A stretch of DNA of 64,000 nt from Patescibacteria group bacterium (lineage in GTDB: Bacteria > Patescibacteriota > Microgenomatia > 0-14-0-10-38-17): assembly GCA_050953885.1 (NCBI GenBank), contig JBMNNJ010000001.1, forward strand, positions 143,437 to 207,436, given 5' to 3'. The notes below the pieces were generated by a model, which saw nothing but the letters and a program-made list of their open reading frames with translations, ran no database searches and was not told the DNA's origin. This document shows, one piece after another, positions 19,400-29,179 of this stretch (position 1 is its first letter; every line of letters begins with the position of its first letter). A program made the translations under genes and the position numbers.

Positions 19400-22388
19400 C
19401 TTCATAAAGGGTGAATTTATTGATAGTGGCAAAATTTCTGTAATTTTCTTTTATGGTTTGATTTATTTCGCTATTGTTCTGATCAAAGCTTTCTTCTAAA
19501 AAAGTCCATGAAGTTATTCTGCCAGATCCTACAACATACCTAGGTCTTTGTTCCTGAATGTTTACTGCTATTTCTTTTTTCGAAAAACAAAATTTGGCAT
19601 TATCACCCTCTTGGCAGAAGAAAGGAACCCCCGTATCCCTATAAACCCAGGGAGAAGTTATCTTTAATATATTAGTAGGTCTTACTTCCGCCGCCAGCGC
19701 CGTATCGGCAGTGAAAATTAAATCTGTTTCCGATGTTTTTTTGTTTACGAACTCAACAACCTCCTGTAAGTCTTGGTAGCTATAGACAACGGCATTATCT
19801 ACTTTTTTTGTTTGAGAAATAATATTGCTAAAAAGTAGACTTGCAAAAAGCAGATAAGCAAAAGGTTTCGCTGTTTTAGCTTTTGTCAGGAATGGTGACA
19901 AAAAAGATATTACAAGGGGAAATAAAAACGACATCATGGCGGGGCTATGATTAATATCATTTGGTGAGCTACCACCGCTTAACAACCGAACATAGTAGGC
20001 AAAATAAGAAAAATTAAGAATAATAGATAGAAAAATTATATTTTCGTCTTTGATTGCTTCATTCTTTTTTTTCAAGATTTCCCCCTTCAACAGGAGAAAA
20101 AGCGCTAATAAAAATGTTAACAGGGCAATAATATGACAATAAAAGTTATAGTAAACAAATTTTTCTGTACCGACAGATATTAGTGAAAGATAAAATAAAT
20201 AAATAAATAATAAAATTAATGACGATTTTTCTAATAATCTCTTTCTAGAAATTAAAAATATTAAAAAGAAAATTAATATAGAAAAATAGCCGTTTTCTAA
20301 TACTGTGTTTGGCCAAAAAGAGGATATGAAACTATTTTTAAATAATTGAGATGTCACTGCTATATAGAGAAAAAGGCCAACGGATGAAAACATCCAGCTT
20401 AGATAAACTATGCTTTTAATTTTAAATTTTTTTGAGATCGTTTTGACAACGGGGATTGTTACAAGTAAAACAAGAGAAATTTTTTGATATAGGATTACAT
20501 CGTTCCAAACATAGGTAATTAAGTTGTTAATAGGGGATCCTAACAGATTAAATAAAAGAATTATTAAACCTGAAGACAGAAAGTAAAAAATAAAATAAAG
20601 TAATATTTTCGAAAATCGTTCTTCGTCCTTAAGATATCTAACTGCTTCTATATAAAAAAGAGAAAGAAAAATTAACAATCCGCCCTTATAAGTAAATGTA
20701 CTTATTGCAACGATAATGGACGATATAAAAAATGCCGACGGAATATTTTTTTTAAGGTATAAGAAGAATAGTGAAACAGAAGTAATTGAAAATATTTGAA
20801 AAAATACTTTATCTAATCCAAGGTTAATGGGGTTAATTATTTTGGAAAAGATTGAAGATATCGCAAGAAATAAAAAAGCACTTTTTTTATCAGTTGCTTT
20901 TTTTATTATTAGATAATTTAGGGCTAAAAAAAGAATTTGGTAAAAGACGACTAGTGTTCTTTGATTCTTTATGGTTGTTTTTAAGAAAGAAAAAAATGGT
21001 CTTATCATAAGCAAAGAACCGGGTTCTCTAAACCAAAAGTCATCATATAAATTAAGTTCTTCTTTCATCATTCTAATTGCGTATAAGGAGTGTCCCTCGT
21101 CGGAACCAATATCGGCAGTGGTTATTTGAGAAGTTTGATTAGAAATAAAAGTGAGAAAAAGCAAGGCAATAATTATCCAATTGGGCTGTTTCGCCCCCTT
21201 TTTTAGAAAAAATGAAGAAATAAAGAATAAAATTATTAAAAATCCCTCTATGATTATTTTTCGATTTAAGATAGTTAAGTTCAGACACGGTATTATGATA
21301 AGTGCTGCTAATGAAAGATAAGGCATTATTTTTATAATTCTTGTTTTTGTTTTTGTATTCTTAGAAACATAAAAGTAGACAACAGTTTCTAGCGTTAAGA
21401 AAAGAGTAGCAAGACTAGAGAAAGAGAGGCCGTTGTTTATAGACTTACTTACTTTTTTTAGAATATTTTCCCAAATCGATCCGATATTATTTTTCAGCTC
21501 CCCCTTATTGTAAACATACCTTGAATAAAGATAAGGTTGGTTGTTTTTATCAACCGAGGCAAAAACATAAAGGGCGGGGGTTTCTTCGTCGGGTTGCTTT
21601 TTGCCGGCTAATTCTACCAGATAGGTTTTGCTTTCGGATTCTTCAATTATAGGAAAACCAAAGGGGTAAAGATGGCTAGGAGCGGCTTGGTCAAAATAAT
21701 AGGTGTTTTCATAAAACCAGTTCTCGGCACCTTTTTCCTTAATGCGGAAAATGATTTCGGCCGGTTCATAATAGGCGATTTCTTCAAGGGGTTCTTCTTC
21801 GGCCAGATCGTCTTGGCCGATAGGTTGCTCTTTTTGGGTTTCCTGGTCGATTATTTCTTCCTCTATTTCCTCTTCCGGCTTTATCTCTATAATCTCCCCT
21901 TCTTCATTAAAGCCCAAAGCCTTTTCTTGAACCGAGAGTTTAACTCCCATCGTGCCCAAATTATTGGAATCGGCCGTAAATTCTTGGGAAATGAGCGTGT
22001 TTTCCACCAAAGGAACTTCTTTGGCGGCTTTAAAGCTTTTCGGGTGGCTTTCGTAAACCAGTGGCGAGCCGTACTGGAAAATAGCGTAGCCCACCAAAAA
22101 AGTTAGGATTAAGAGGAGATTGACGCCGGTGAGAAGGAGAAATTTCTTGGCGCTTTTAGAATGGGGGAAAAGATAAACTAAAAAAGCGACAATCTGACGC
22201 CAATTAATTAAAGCAACAAAAATAACCAGCCAAAAAGCAGCGCGGTTAAGTTGCGGTTGGCTAATACCTAAAGAAAACGAAAAAAAAGAGGCCAGGCGGG
22301 TAAAAAGCGTTAAAAGAAGTAAAGAGAAGGCAAGAGCATTAAAAAAGCGGCGCAGTTTTGGGAAAAAAGAAGGCTTTTTTAAGTCCAT
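19380..22388 (-). CDS. Large membrane protein with GT-C-like C-terminal half and acidic extracellular N-terminal domain
   Basis: 1002-aa ORF, many TMs, SDEGH loop. Confidence 0.65.
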   Translation of the reverse strand: MDLKKPSFFPKLRRFFNALAFSLLLLTLFTRLASFFSFSLGISQPQLNRAAFWLVIFVALINWRQIVAFLVYLFPHSKSAKKFLLLTGVNLLLILTFLVGYAIFQYGSPLVYESHPKSFKAAKEVPLVENTLISQEFTADSNNLGTMGVKLSVQEKALGFNEEGEIIEIKPEEEIEEEIIDQETQKEQPIGQDDLAEEEPLEEIAYYEPAEIIFRIKEKGAENWFYENTYYFDQAAPSHLYPFGFPIIEESESKTYLVELAGKKQPDEETPALYVFASVDKNNQPYLYSRYVYNKGELKNNIGSIWENILKKVSKSINNGLSFSSLATLFLTLETVVYFYVSKNTKTKTRIIKIMPYLSLAALIIIPCLNLTILNRKIIIEGFLIILFFISSFFLKKGAKQPNWIIIALLFLTFISNQTSQITTADIGSDEGHSLYAIRMMKEELNLYDDFWFREPGSLLMIRPFFSFLKTTIKNQRTLVVFYQILFLALNYLIIKKATDKKSAFLFLAISSIFSKIINPINLGLDKVFFQIFSITSVSLFFLYLKKNIPSAFFISSIIVAISTFTYKGGLLIFLSLFYIEAVRYLKDEERFSKILLYFIFYFLSSGLIILLFNLLGSPINNLITYVWNDVILYQKISLVLLVTIPVVKTISKKFKIKSIVYLSWMFSSVGLFLYIAVTSQLFKNSFISSFWPNTVLENGYFSILIFFLIFLISRKRLLEKSSLILLFIYLFYLSLISVGTEKFVYYNFYCHIIALLTFLLALFLLLKGEILKKKNEAIKDENIIFLSIILNFSYFAYYVRLLSGGSSPNDINHSPAMMSFLFPLVISFLSPFLTKAKTAKPFAYLLFASLLFSNIISQTKKVDNAVVYSYQDLQEVVEFVNKKTSETDLIFTADTALAAEVRPTNILKITSPWVYRDTGVPFFCQEGDNAKFCFSKKEIAVNIQEQRPRYVVGSGRITSWTFLEESFDQNNSEINQTIKENYRNFATINKFTLYEVKYQNQ

Positions 22389-22439
22389 CGCTAGTTGTAA
22401 AAAGATTTGGTTTTTATTATAGCGTATTTATTAACAAGT

Positions 22440-22540
22440 AATACGTAACTCGTAACTGGTAACTAACGCAGATTCTGACTTTCGTCAGAATGACAGAAAA
22501 GTGCCAGAATGACAATTACGATTATCGTCAAAATGACGGA
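22440..22540. repeat. Heptamer x3 plus CGTC palindrome junction
   Basis: aatacgt-aactcgt-aactggt then gcagattctgactttcgtcagaatgac. Confidence 0.9.
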
Positions 22541-23151
22541 GCAAGCTCTCCCGGATCACGGATGGTGAAGGGAAGGCGGTCACTTTCCCGGCCATCATAT
22601 TTTTTAACATACAAGTCGCCTTTAAAAAAACGAGGCGGGTGGGGCTGAACGGCAACAATTTTTTCTTCCCCCCATTCTTTGATTTGAAATTCAAGGTCGT
22701 CAACAAAAACTTTTCCCGGTTGCCAAGCGGGCCCAAAATTTTTGCCTTCAATAATAATTTCCATCCCCACCATTGACCAATTGATCTCTTTTGGCTCACC
22801 CACCGTGGCCCATGAAGAAAGAATTCGGTAAATTTTTGGCTCTTCCTGTAGACGCTGGTAAAAATCAGTATAGACACGGTTAACCACCAAACCCACCAAC
22901 AAGGCGGTGAAAAAAACCGGCCAAAATTTAGCACCAACTTCCCTTGCCCGACGGGAAAAATAGTTAACCGAAAAGACTGCCAAAAAAACCGCCAGAAGCA
23001 AAAAGGTTTTTTGAGACGAGGAAATATGCTTTAAAACCAAAAATTTTTCCGTTAAAAGATATTCGGCGGGAATAATTAAAAGAAAGTAGAAAATAATGGT
23101 TTGGGCAACCACAAGCAGGTTAGGGAGAAGAAATTTTTTAAAAAAAGCCAT
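22528..23151 (-). CDS. Membrane protein with IPT/TIG-like domain, copy 1
   Basis: Three TMs then IIIEGKNFG..GKV..IKEWGEEKIV. Confidence 0.7.
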   Translation of the reverse strand: MAFFKKFLLPNLLVVAQTIIFYFLLIIPAEYLLTEKFLVLKHISSSQKTFLLLAVFLAVFSVNYFSRRAREVGAKFWPVFFTALLVGLVVNRVYTDFYQRLQEEPKIYRILSSWATVGEPKEINWSMVGMEIIIEGKNFGPAWQPGKVFVDDLEFQIKEWGEEKIVAVQPHPPRFFKGDLYVKKYDGRESDRLPFTIRDPGELAPSF

Positions 23152-23180
23152 TGATAAGAAAAGTATAACACTAATCGGGG

Positions 23181-23420
23181 AACGCGTAACTGGTAACTGG
23201 TAATACGTAATACGTAACTCGTAACTGGTAACTAACGCAGATTCTGACTTTCGTCAGAATGACGGTTAGAGGAAGCACCAGGATGACGACGGTCGCGCCG
23301 TCATTCCGGACTTGATCCGGAATCTGTGCTATTGCCAGAAAACGCAGATTCTGACTTTCGTCAGAATGACGGCTAGGGGAAGCGTCAGAATGACGGTTAC
23401 GATTAGCGTCAGAATGACGG
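23181..23420. repeat. Heptamer x7 plus CGTC palindrome cluster
   Basis: Same junction as 22440, with more units. Confidence 0.92.
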
Positions 23421-24032
23421 AGCAAGCTCTCCCGGATCACGGATGGTGAAAGGGAGGCGGCTACTTTCCCGACCATTATATTTTTGAACATACAAGCCGC
23501 CTTTAAAAAAATGGGGCGGGTGGGGCTGAATAACAATAATTTTCTCTTCTCCCCATTCTTTGATTTGAAATTCAAGGCCGTCAACAAAAACTTTTCCCGG
23601 TTGCCAAGCGGGCCCAAAATTTTTACCGTCAATAATAATTTCCATTCCCACCATTGACCAATCAATCTCTTTTGGCTCACCCACCGTGGCCCATGAAGAA
23701 AGAATTCGGTAAATTTTTGGCTCTTCCTGTAGACGCTGGTAAAAATCAGTATAGACACGGTTAACCACCAAACCCACCAACAAGGCGGTGAAAAAAACCG
23801 GCCAAAATTTGGCGCCAATTTTCCTTACCCGGCGGGAAAAATAGTTAACCAAAAAGACCGTTAAAAAAACCGCCAAAAGCAAAAAAGTTTTTTGAGACGA
23901 GGGAATATGCTTTAAAACCAAAAATTTTTCCGTTAAAAGATATTCGGCAGGAATAATTAAAAGAAAGTAGAAAATAATGGTTTGGGCAACCACAAGCAGG
24001 TTGGGGAGAAGAAATTTTTTAAAAGAAAACAT
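23409..24032 (-). CDS. Membrane protein with IPT/TIG-like domain, copy 2 (tandem paralog)
   Basis: Same length (207 aa) and highly similar to 22528-23151. Confidence 0.7.
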   Translation of the reverse strand: MFSFKKFLLPNLLVVAQTIIFYFLLIIPAEYLLTEKFLVLKHIPSSQKTFLLLAVFLTVFLVNYFSRRVRKIGAKFWPVFFTALLVGLVVNRVYTDFYQRLQEEPKIYRILSSWATVGEPKEIDWSMVGMEIIIDGKNFGPAWQPGKVFVDGLEFQIKEWGEEKIIVIQPHPPHFFKGGLYVQKYNGRESSRLPFTIRDPGELAPSF

Positions 24033-24060
24033 GACAAGAAAAGTATAACACTAATCGGGG

Positions 24061-24207
24061 AATACGTAACTAGTAACTGGTAATACATAACTAGTAACTG
24101 GTAATACGTAACTAGTAACTCGTAATACGTAACTAGTAACTGGTAATTCGTAACTCGTAACTGGTAATTCGTAACTAGTAACTGGTAATACGTAACTCGT
24201 AACTGGT
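24061..24207. repeat. 21 x 7-bp tandem array with 21-bp higher-order period
   Basis: (aatacgt-aactagt-aactggt) x7 with variants. Confidence 0.97.
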
Positions 24208-24212
24208 AACTA

Positions 24213-24515
24213 ACGCAGATTCTGACTTTCGTCAGAATGACGGCTAGGGGAAGCGTCAGAATGACAATTACGATTAGCGTCATTCTGAACTTGATTCAGA
24301 ATCTGTTTTAAAAAAAACTAAAACGCAGATTCTGACTTTCGTCAGAATGACAGAAAAGCGGCAGGATGACAACAGTCGTGCCGTCATTCCGGACTTGATC
24401 CGGAATCTGTATTATTGCCAGAAAACGCAGATTCTGGCTTTCGCCAGAATGACAAAAAAACGTCAGAATGACAAAGAAGCATCAGAATGACGGTTAGGGG
24501 AAGCATCAGGATAAC
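24213..24515. repeat. CGTC palindrome cluster
   Basis: Includes the third hairpin type cgtcattctgaacttgattcagaatc. Confidence 0.95.
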
Positions 24516-24539
24516 GTCCTTATTATCAAGAAGCCAATT

Positions 24540-25235
24540 TTAGAAACTTTCGTTAACCGCTTCTAAGGCAAAAGGAAGGCCGGAAAAGGGCTTGTGGGGG
24601 CTATCCTTTTTGGCAAAAACTAAAGCCGTTTCCCGATCTCCCATAAAATGCCAAATTAGTTTTAAATCTTTTAAAAGAGAGAGGTTTTCTTGAACAGAAC
24701 GAGAATAAACTTGAGTATGGTTGCGGCGAGATTCGCGGGCAGACCGAAAAGAAGGCAAAAAAGAAACTAAAGGTTCAGAAAAAATGCTTACCACCACTCC
24801 TTCTTTAGTTAAGGTTCGTCCGGCTTCTTTGCCAAAACAAGATAATTTTTCGTTATCCATAAAACTGGTGGTGCCGTCAAGCCAAATAAGATCAAGGCTC
24901 TCGTTGGCAAAGGGCATCTTGGCCAAATCGGCTTGAACACGAAAAAGCTTTTTTTCCTTCGAAGGCAAGGGAAGGCTAGCTTTTTCAAACGGCTGACGAT
25001 TAAAATCAAGAAGATAAATTTCATCTTTTTTTTGGGGCCGAAAATAACCGCAGTCGTTAATAAAAGCGGCCGCGGTGGAGCTGTGGGGAGAAAACCCGCC
25101 CAAAACCAACCTTAAACTTTCTTTTTTAGCTAAAGGAGAGCAAGAGGATTCCTTTAAAACCCTCTTAAGTAAGCCACGGCCAAGGCGGCAGTAGTAAGAC
25201 TCCGGGCAGATTTGGTAATACTCTTTCCACCCCAT
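24540..25235 (-). CDS. Class I SAM methyltransferase-like protein
   Basis: VQADLAKMPFANESLDLI..LTKEG motifs. Confidence 0.6.
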   Translation of the reverse strand: MGWKEYYQICPESYYCRLGRGLLKRVLKESSCSPLAKKESLRLVLGGFSPHSSTAAAFINDCGYFRPQKKDEIYLLDFNRQPFEKASLPLPSKEKKLFRVQADLAKMPFANESLDLIWLDGTTSFMDNEKLSCFGKEAGRTLTKEGVVVSIFSEPLVSFLPSFRSARESRRNHTQVYSRSVQENLSLLKDLKLIWHFMGDRETALVFAKKDSPHKPFSGLPFALEAVNESF

Positions 25236-25378
25236 CGTTTATATCCAGCTTGTTTGGCTGGGAATAAATATAACCTATATTATAACCTAAGGAGACTAAA
25301 AAAGAAATCAAACCGTTCCCCGGAAGTTGTTGGGGCGGCTACCGCGATAATTCTGGTTTATCAAGACTAAAAAGAAGA

Positions 25379-25846
25379 CTACTCTAATCTCTTAACCAGA
25401 TAAACAGCAGGGATAAAAAGATGACCCTCCTTGGGAGGATTATCCCAAAAATTAGTTCCCCACATCGGGGAATATCTTTTTTCGTCGCAAAGATCGAGTA
25501 TTTCATCGCTCGCGACGCTAAGGGGATGAACCTCAAAAACTTGATAGAAAGCGTTATTAACACTAAACTTATCTCCTTTATTTGTAAAATCGCCTCCCGC
25601 CTTATTTAAAGCCTCGATTAATTTTTCCGGTGTGCCAAGCTGGGAATAATCCTCTGCGGGAATCTTATTTAAAAAACGCCAAAAATTTTGCGCATTTTCG
25701 GCAATATTTTCCCTTGTTTTTTGATCCCCCATTTCTTCTCCCTGCGCTTCTTTCTCGAGCGCCTTAGCTCTTACTTCTTCTATTAGAGTTATTTTTTGGG
25801 GCGTTTGCTCTGGGCTATTATCAACCGTAATTTCTCCTTCGGCCAT
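25379..25846 (-). CDS. Hypothetical protein
   Basis: 155-aa ORF filling the gap; protein-like composition. Confidence 0.6.
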   Translation of the reverse strand: MAEGEITVDNSPEQTPQKITLIEEVRAKALEKEAQGEEMGDQKTRENIAENAQNFWRFLNKIPAEDYSQLGTPEKLIEALNKAGGDFTNKGDKFSVNNAFYQVFEVHPLSVASDEILDLCDEKRYSPMWGTNFWDNPPKEGHLFIPAVYLVKRLE

Positions 25847-25919
25847 AATATTTTATTGACTTATATTGACTATACTGACATTATTATAATTATTATAAAG
25901 GAAAAAACAACCTTTTACC

Positions 25920-26429
25920 ATGAAGAAAAAATATCTTCTTATTATTCCCTTGATTTTAATAACCATCGCGGCGATTGCCGCGGTAGCTTTTCCAAGAGGA
26001 AATCAGCCTGCTTTTCCGCCTAAAGAAGAAACTAACTTTTTTAAAGACGGTGAAAAAATTAAGCTTTTGGTTGAAAACGTTGAATTTGAGTCAGAGGTAG
26101 TTAAAAACCCGGCGGCGCGAGCCAAAGGCTTGGGGGGAAGAAGCGATCTTTGCCCTCAATGCGGAATGCTTTTTATTTTTGAAGCCGATGGCAACCATGC
26201 TTTTTGGATGAAAGACACGCTTATCCCCTTGGATATTATTTGGCTTGATAAAAATTGGCAGGTGGTGGATTTTGTTGCCTTTGCCCAGCCGCAGGCAGGC
26301 CGCCCTGATGAGGAATTGCCTGTTTACCGCCCAAAAACCCCTGCCCGCTATGTTTTGGAACTGCCGGGAGGGACGGTGGAAAAAATCAGGGGGTTTAAAA
26401 TTGGCAGTCGGGTGGAATTAGAAAAGTAA
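25920..26429 (+). CDS. DUF192 family protein
   Basis: GMLF, FWMKDTLIPLDIIW and YVLEL motifs. Confidence 0.92.
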   Translation: MKKKYLLIIPLILITIAAIAAVAFPRGNQPAFPPKEETNFFKDGEKIKLLVENVEFESEVVKNPAARAKGLGGRSDLCPQCGMLFIFEADGNHAFWMKDTLIPLDIIWLDKNWQVVDFVAFAQPQAGRPDEELPVYRPKTPARYVLELPGGTVEKIRGFKIGSRVELEK

Positions 26430-26430
26430 G

Positions 26431-26645
26431 CTCCCGAGGTTTGAAGCTATTTAACTCCGGGGGTTAGCAAAGTTAGATCCTGACTTTCGTCAGGATGACA
26501 CTAACCGCCATTCTGAACTTGATTCAGAATCAGTCTTAAAAAAACTAAAACGCAGATTCTGACTTTCGTCAGAATGACAGTTAGGGGAAGCGTCAGAATG
26601 ACAGAAAAACGTCAGAATGACAATTACGATTAGCGTCATCCTGAT
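26431..26645. repeat. RAYT-type palindrome remnant plus CGTC cluster
   Basis: ctcccgaggtt..aactccgggggtt followed by CGTC hairpins. Confidence 0.85.
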
Positions 26646-26680
26646 AAGAAGCGATAAGATAATGGTGCTATAATAGCCTT

Positions 26681-27076
26681 ATGAGTGAAAAAGAAATTTG
26701 GGAGCAAAAAAGCTTTGCTGATTTTGGCGGCGATGCCAAAGAAAGCAAAGAAGCCTCAAATTACTACTTAATCCCCAAAGGAACGATTGTTTGGCCCCAA
26801 AAGGAAGGGGGGATTATTAACTACTATCGCGGCGCGCTTATCGAAAGCGCCTTAGCCACGCCGGTTTTTGAAGAAACTGAAGATAAAAAACAAAAAAGAG
26901 AAAAAGGTTTATTATTTTGGGAATTATTGGGAACAAGTCGCGAATTGCCTGACGGCTCAATAGTGGTAAAAAATAACGCCACTTTATATTTCGACGGTCG
27001 TTATTGGCAAATTAAATCAGGAGACGTTATTGCCACCGACTCAAAAAAAGAAAATAAGATTAGCAAAATCAAATGA
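26681..27076 (+). CDS. Hypothetical protein
   Basis: 131 aa; TGCTATAAT just upstream; overlaps the next start. Confidence 0.65.
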   Translation: MSEKEIWEQKSFADFGGDAKESKEASNYYLIPKGTIVWPQKEGGIINYYRGALIESALATPVFEETEDKKQKREKGLLFWELLGTSRELPDGSIVVKNNATLYFDGRYWQIKSGDVIATDSKKENKISKIK

Positions 27077-28206
27077 TTATCGGTGTTGATGGCAATGAAG
27101 CCAATACAGAAAAAAGAGTCGGGGTGGGTCAGTATTCTTTAGCGCTTCTTGGCTTTTGGCAAAAGTGGGCCAATAGGGAAAATCAATTTTGGGTTTATCT
27201 TCACGGCCCGGCTAACCAAAAAGTTCTTCCCCCTCCTTGTCCTTATTTTTCCTACCTTTCCTTTGGCCCCCAAAAGTTTTGGACCCAATTTGCTCTGCCG
27301 GCCAAACTTTATTCCCAAAAAGAAAAGCCCCATGCCTTTTTTTCTCCCGCTCATTATTCTCCCCGTTTTTCACCAATACCCACCGTTTTAACTATCCACG
27401 ACCTTGCCTTTTTTTACTACCCCAAAGAGTTTAAAACCCGCGATCTTTGGCAATTAAAACGCTGGACAGCTTATTCGGTTAAAAAAGCCCAAAAAATTAT
27501 TGCCGTTTCGCAAAACTCCAAAAATGATTTAATTCGTTTCTATGGCTTGCCGGAGGAAAAAATTAGCGTTGTTTACAACGGCTATGACCGGGAAAGATTT
27601 TCCCCCAAAAAAAATAAAAGAGAAATCGGCAGAGTGCGGAAAAAATACCAAACCGGCGCCGATTATCTTCTTTACGTGGGCACTCTTCAGCCCCGAAAAA
27701 ACATTATCAGCTTAATTAAAGCCTTCCCTTTTATCTTAAATCAAGATCAGCGCCGCCGCAAAACCTTGAAGCTGGTGATCGCCGGCAAAAAGGGCTGGCT
27801 TTATGAAAATCTTTTTAACACGGTACGAGAATTAAAGCTAACCGAAAAGGTTATTTTTACCGATTTTGTTGCCGACGAGGATTTGCCCTATCTTTTAAGC
27901 GGCGCCAGGCTCTTTGTTCTTCCCTCCTTGTATGAAGGCTTTGGCCTCACCGCTCTTGAGGCGATGGCCTGCGGCGCGCCGGTTTTGGTTTCCAAAAACT
28001 CTTCTTTACCGGAGGTGGTGGGAGAAGCCGGCCTTTATCTTGAAAACCCCGAGGATTTACAAGAAATTAGCCAAAAAGTGGGGCAAATTCTTGATAGCCG
28101 CGATTTGGCGGCAAGCCTTGCCAAAAAAGGCTTGGAGCAAGCCCAAAAGTTTTCTTGGGAAAAATGCGCAAAAGAAACGCTGGAAATTATTAAAAAGACA
28201 ACGTAA
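27073..28206 (+). CDS. GT4 (MtfB-like) glycosyltransferase
   Basis: [13 protein letters not shown] and [15 protein letters not shown] motifs. Confidence 0.93.
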   Translation: MIIGVDGNEANTEKRVGVGQYSLALLGFWQKWANRENQFWVYLHGPANQKVLPPPCPYFSYLSFGPQKFWTQFALPAKLYSQKEKPHAFFSPAHYSPRFSPIPTVLTIHDLAFFYYPKEFKTRDLWQLKRWTAYSVKKAQKIIAVSQNSKNDLIRFYGLPEEKISVVYNGYDRERFSPKKNKREIGRVRKKYQTGADYLLYVGTLQPRKNIISLIKAFPFILNQDQRRRKTLKLVIAGKKGWLYENLFNTVRELKLTEKVIFTDFVADEDLPYLLSGARLFVLPSLYEGFGLTALEAMACGAPVLVSKNSSLPEVVGEAGLYLENPEDLQEISQKVGQILDSRDLAASLAKKGLEQAQKFSWEKCAKETLEIIKKTT

Positions 28207-28245
28207 CTATTGTTCTCGCCTTAAATTTGGAGTCAGAGTTGATTA

Positions 28246-28450
28246 TTTAAAGTTAAAAGTCAAAATTCAAAAGTCAAAAGTGCAAGTCAAAATTAAAAAG
28301 TAACGTCACCCCTGAATTAGATTCAGGATCAGGCTCTGAGCTTGATTCAGAATTTTGCGTGAAATGCCTGAAATGTATGAGACGTTTGAAACGTAAAAAC
28401 ATTAAACGATTCAGGCGATTCAAACCTCAAGCGTTTCAAGCATCAAGCTT
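28246..28450. repeat. Heptamer arm (aaaagtc), CGTC hairpin and inverted nonamer repeat
   Basis: aaagttaaaagtcaaaattcaaaagtcaaaagt; gagacgtttgaaacg..caagcgtttcaagcatc; nonamer also at 7711-7750. Confidence 0.75.
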
Positions 28451-28456
28451 TAAGGC

Positions 28457-28878
28457 CGATCCTGACTTTCGTCAGAATGACGGTTAGGGGAAGCGTCAGG
28501 ATGACGACAGCCGTGCCGTCATTCCGGACTTGTCCCGCCATAGCGGGATCCGCCTCAGGCAGAATCCGGAATTTATGTTATTGTAAGAAAACGCAGATCC
28601 TGACTTTCGTCAGGATGACGGTTAGGGGAAGCGTCAGGATGACGATAACCGTGCCGTCATTCCGGACTTGATCCGGAATCTGTGCTATTACCAGAAAACG
28701 CAGATTCTGACTTTCGTCAGAATGACAAAAAAAACGTCAGAATGACGATAACCGTGCCGTCATTCCGGACTTGATCCGGAATCTGTGTTATTACCAGAAA
28801 ACGCAGATCCTGACTTTCGTCAGGATGACAAAAAAAACGTTAGGATGACGATTAGTGAAAGCGTCAGGATGACGGTTA
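28457..28878. repeat. CGTC palindrome array downstream of the GIY-YIG gene
   Basis: About four ~105-bp composite units. Confidence 0.97.
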
Positions 28879-29166
28879 CGGAAATAATTCTGGCCACAAG
28901 TCCTTAAACTCAGGGTTACTTTTTCTAATTAATTCCAACTTCCATTCTCTTCGCCAACTTTTTAGCTGTTTTTCTCTCTTTATCGCTTCTTCTATGTTGT
29001 CAAAAACTTCAAAATAAAGAAGCTTGTTAAGATGATACTTTTTAGTAAAGCCTTCAACTAACTCCTCTTTATGTTGGCTAATCCGATGATAAAAATCGGC
29101 AGTTACTCCAATATAAAGGGTGGGGCGATCGTTACCCATAATATAAACAACAGCTTGCTTTTCCAT
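28876..29166 (-). CDS. Stand-alone GIY-YIG nuclease
   Basis: VYI-x8-YIG, conserved Arg (HRISQH), FTKKY and AIKREKQLK..W. Confidence 0.93.
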   Translation of the reverse strand: MEKQAVVYIMGNDRPTLYIGVTADFYHRISQHKEELVEGFTKKYHLNKLLYFEVFDNIEEAIKREKQLKSWRREWKLELIRKSNPEFKDLWPELFP

Positions 29167-29179
29167 TTTTAATTTCAAA

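Noticed and set aside
22528-24032. DGR TR/VR pair or integron cassettes
   Set aside because: Differences are not adenine-specific, both copies are full genes, and there is no integrase or attC core motif.
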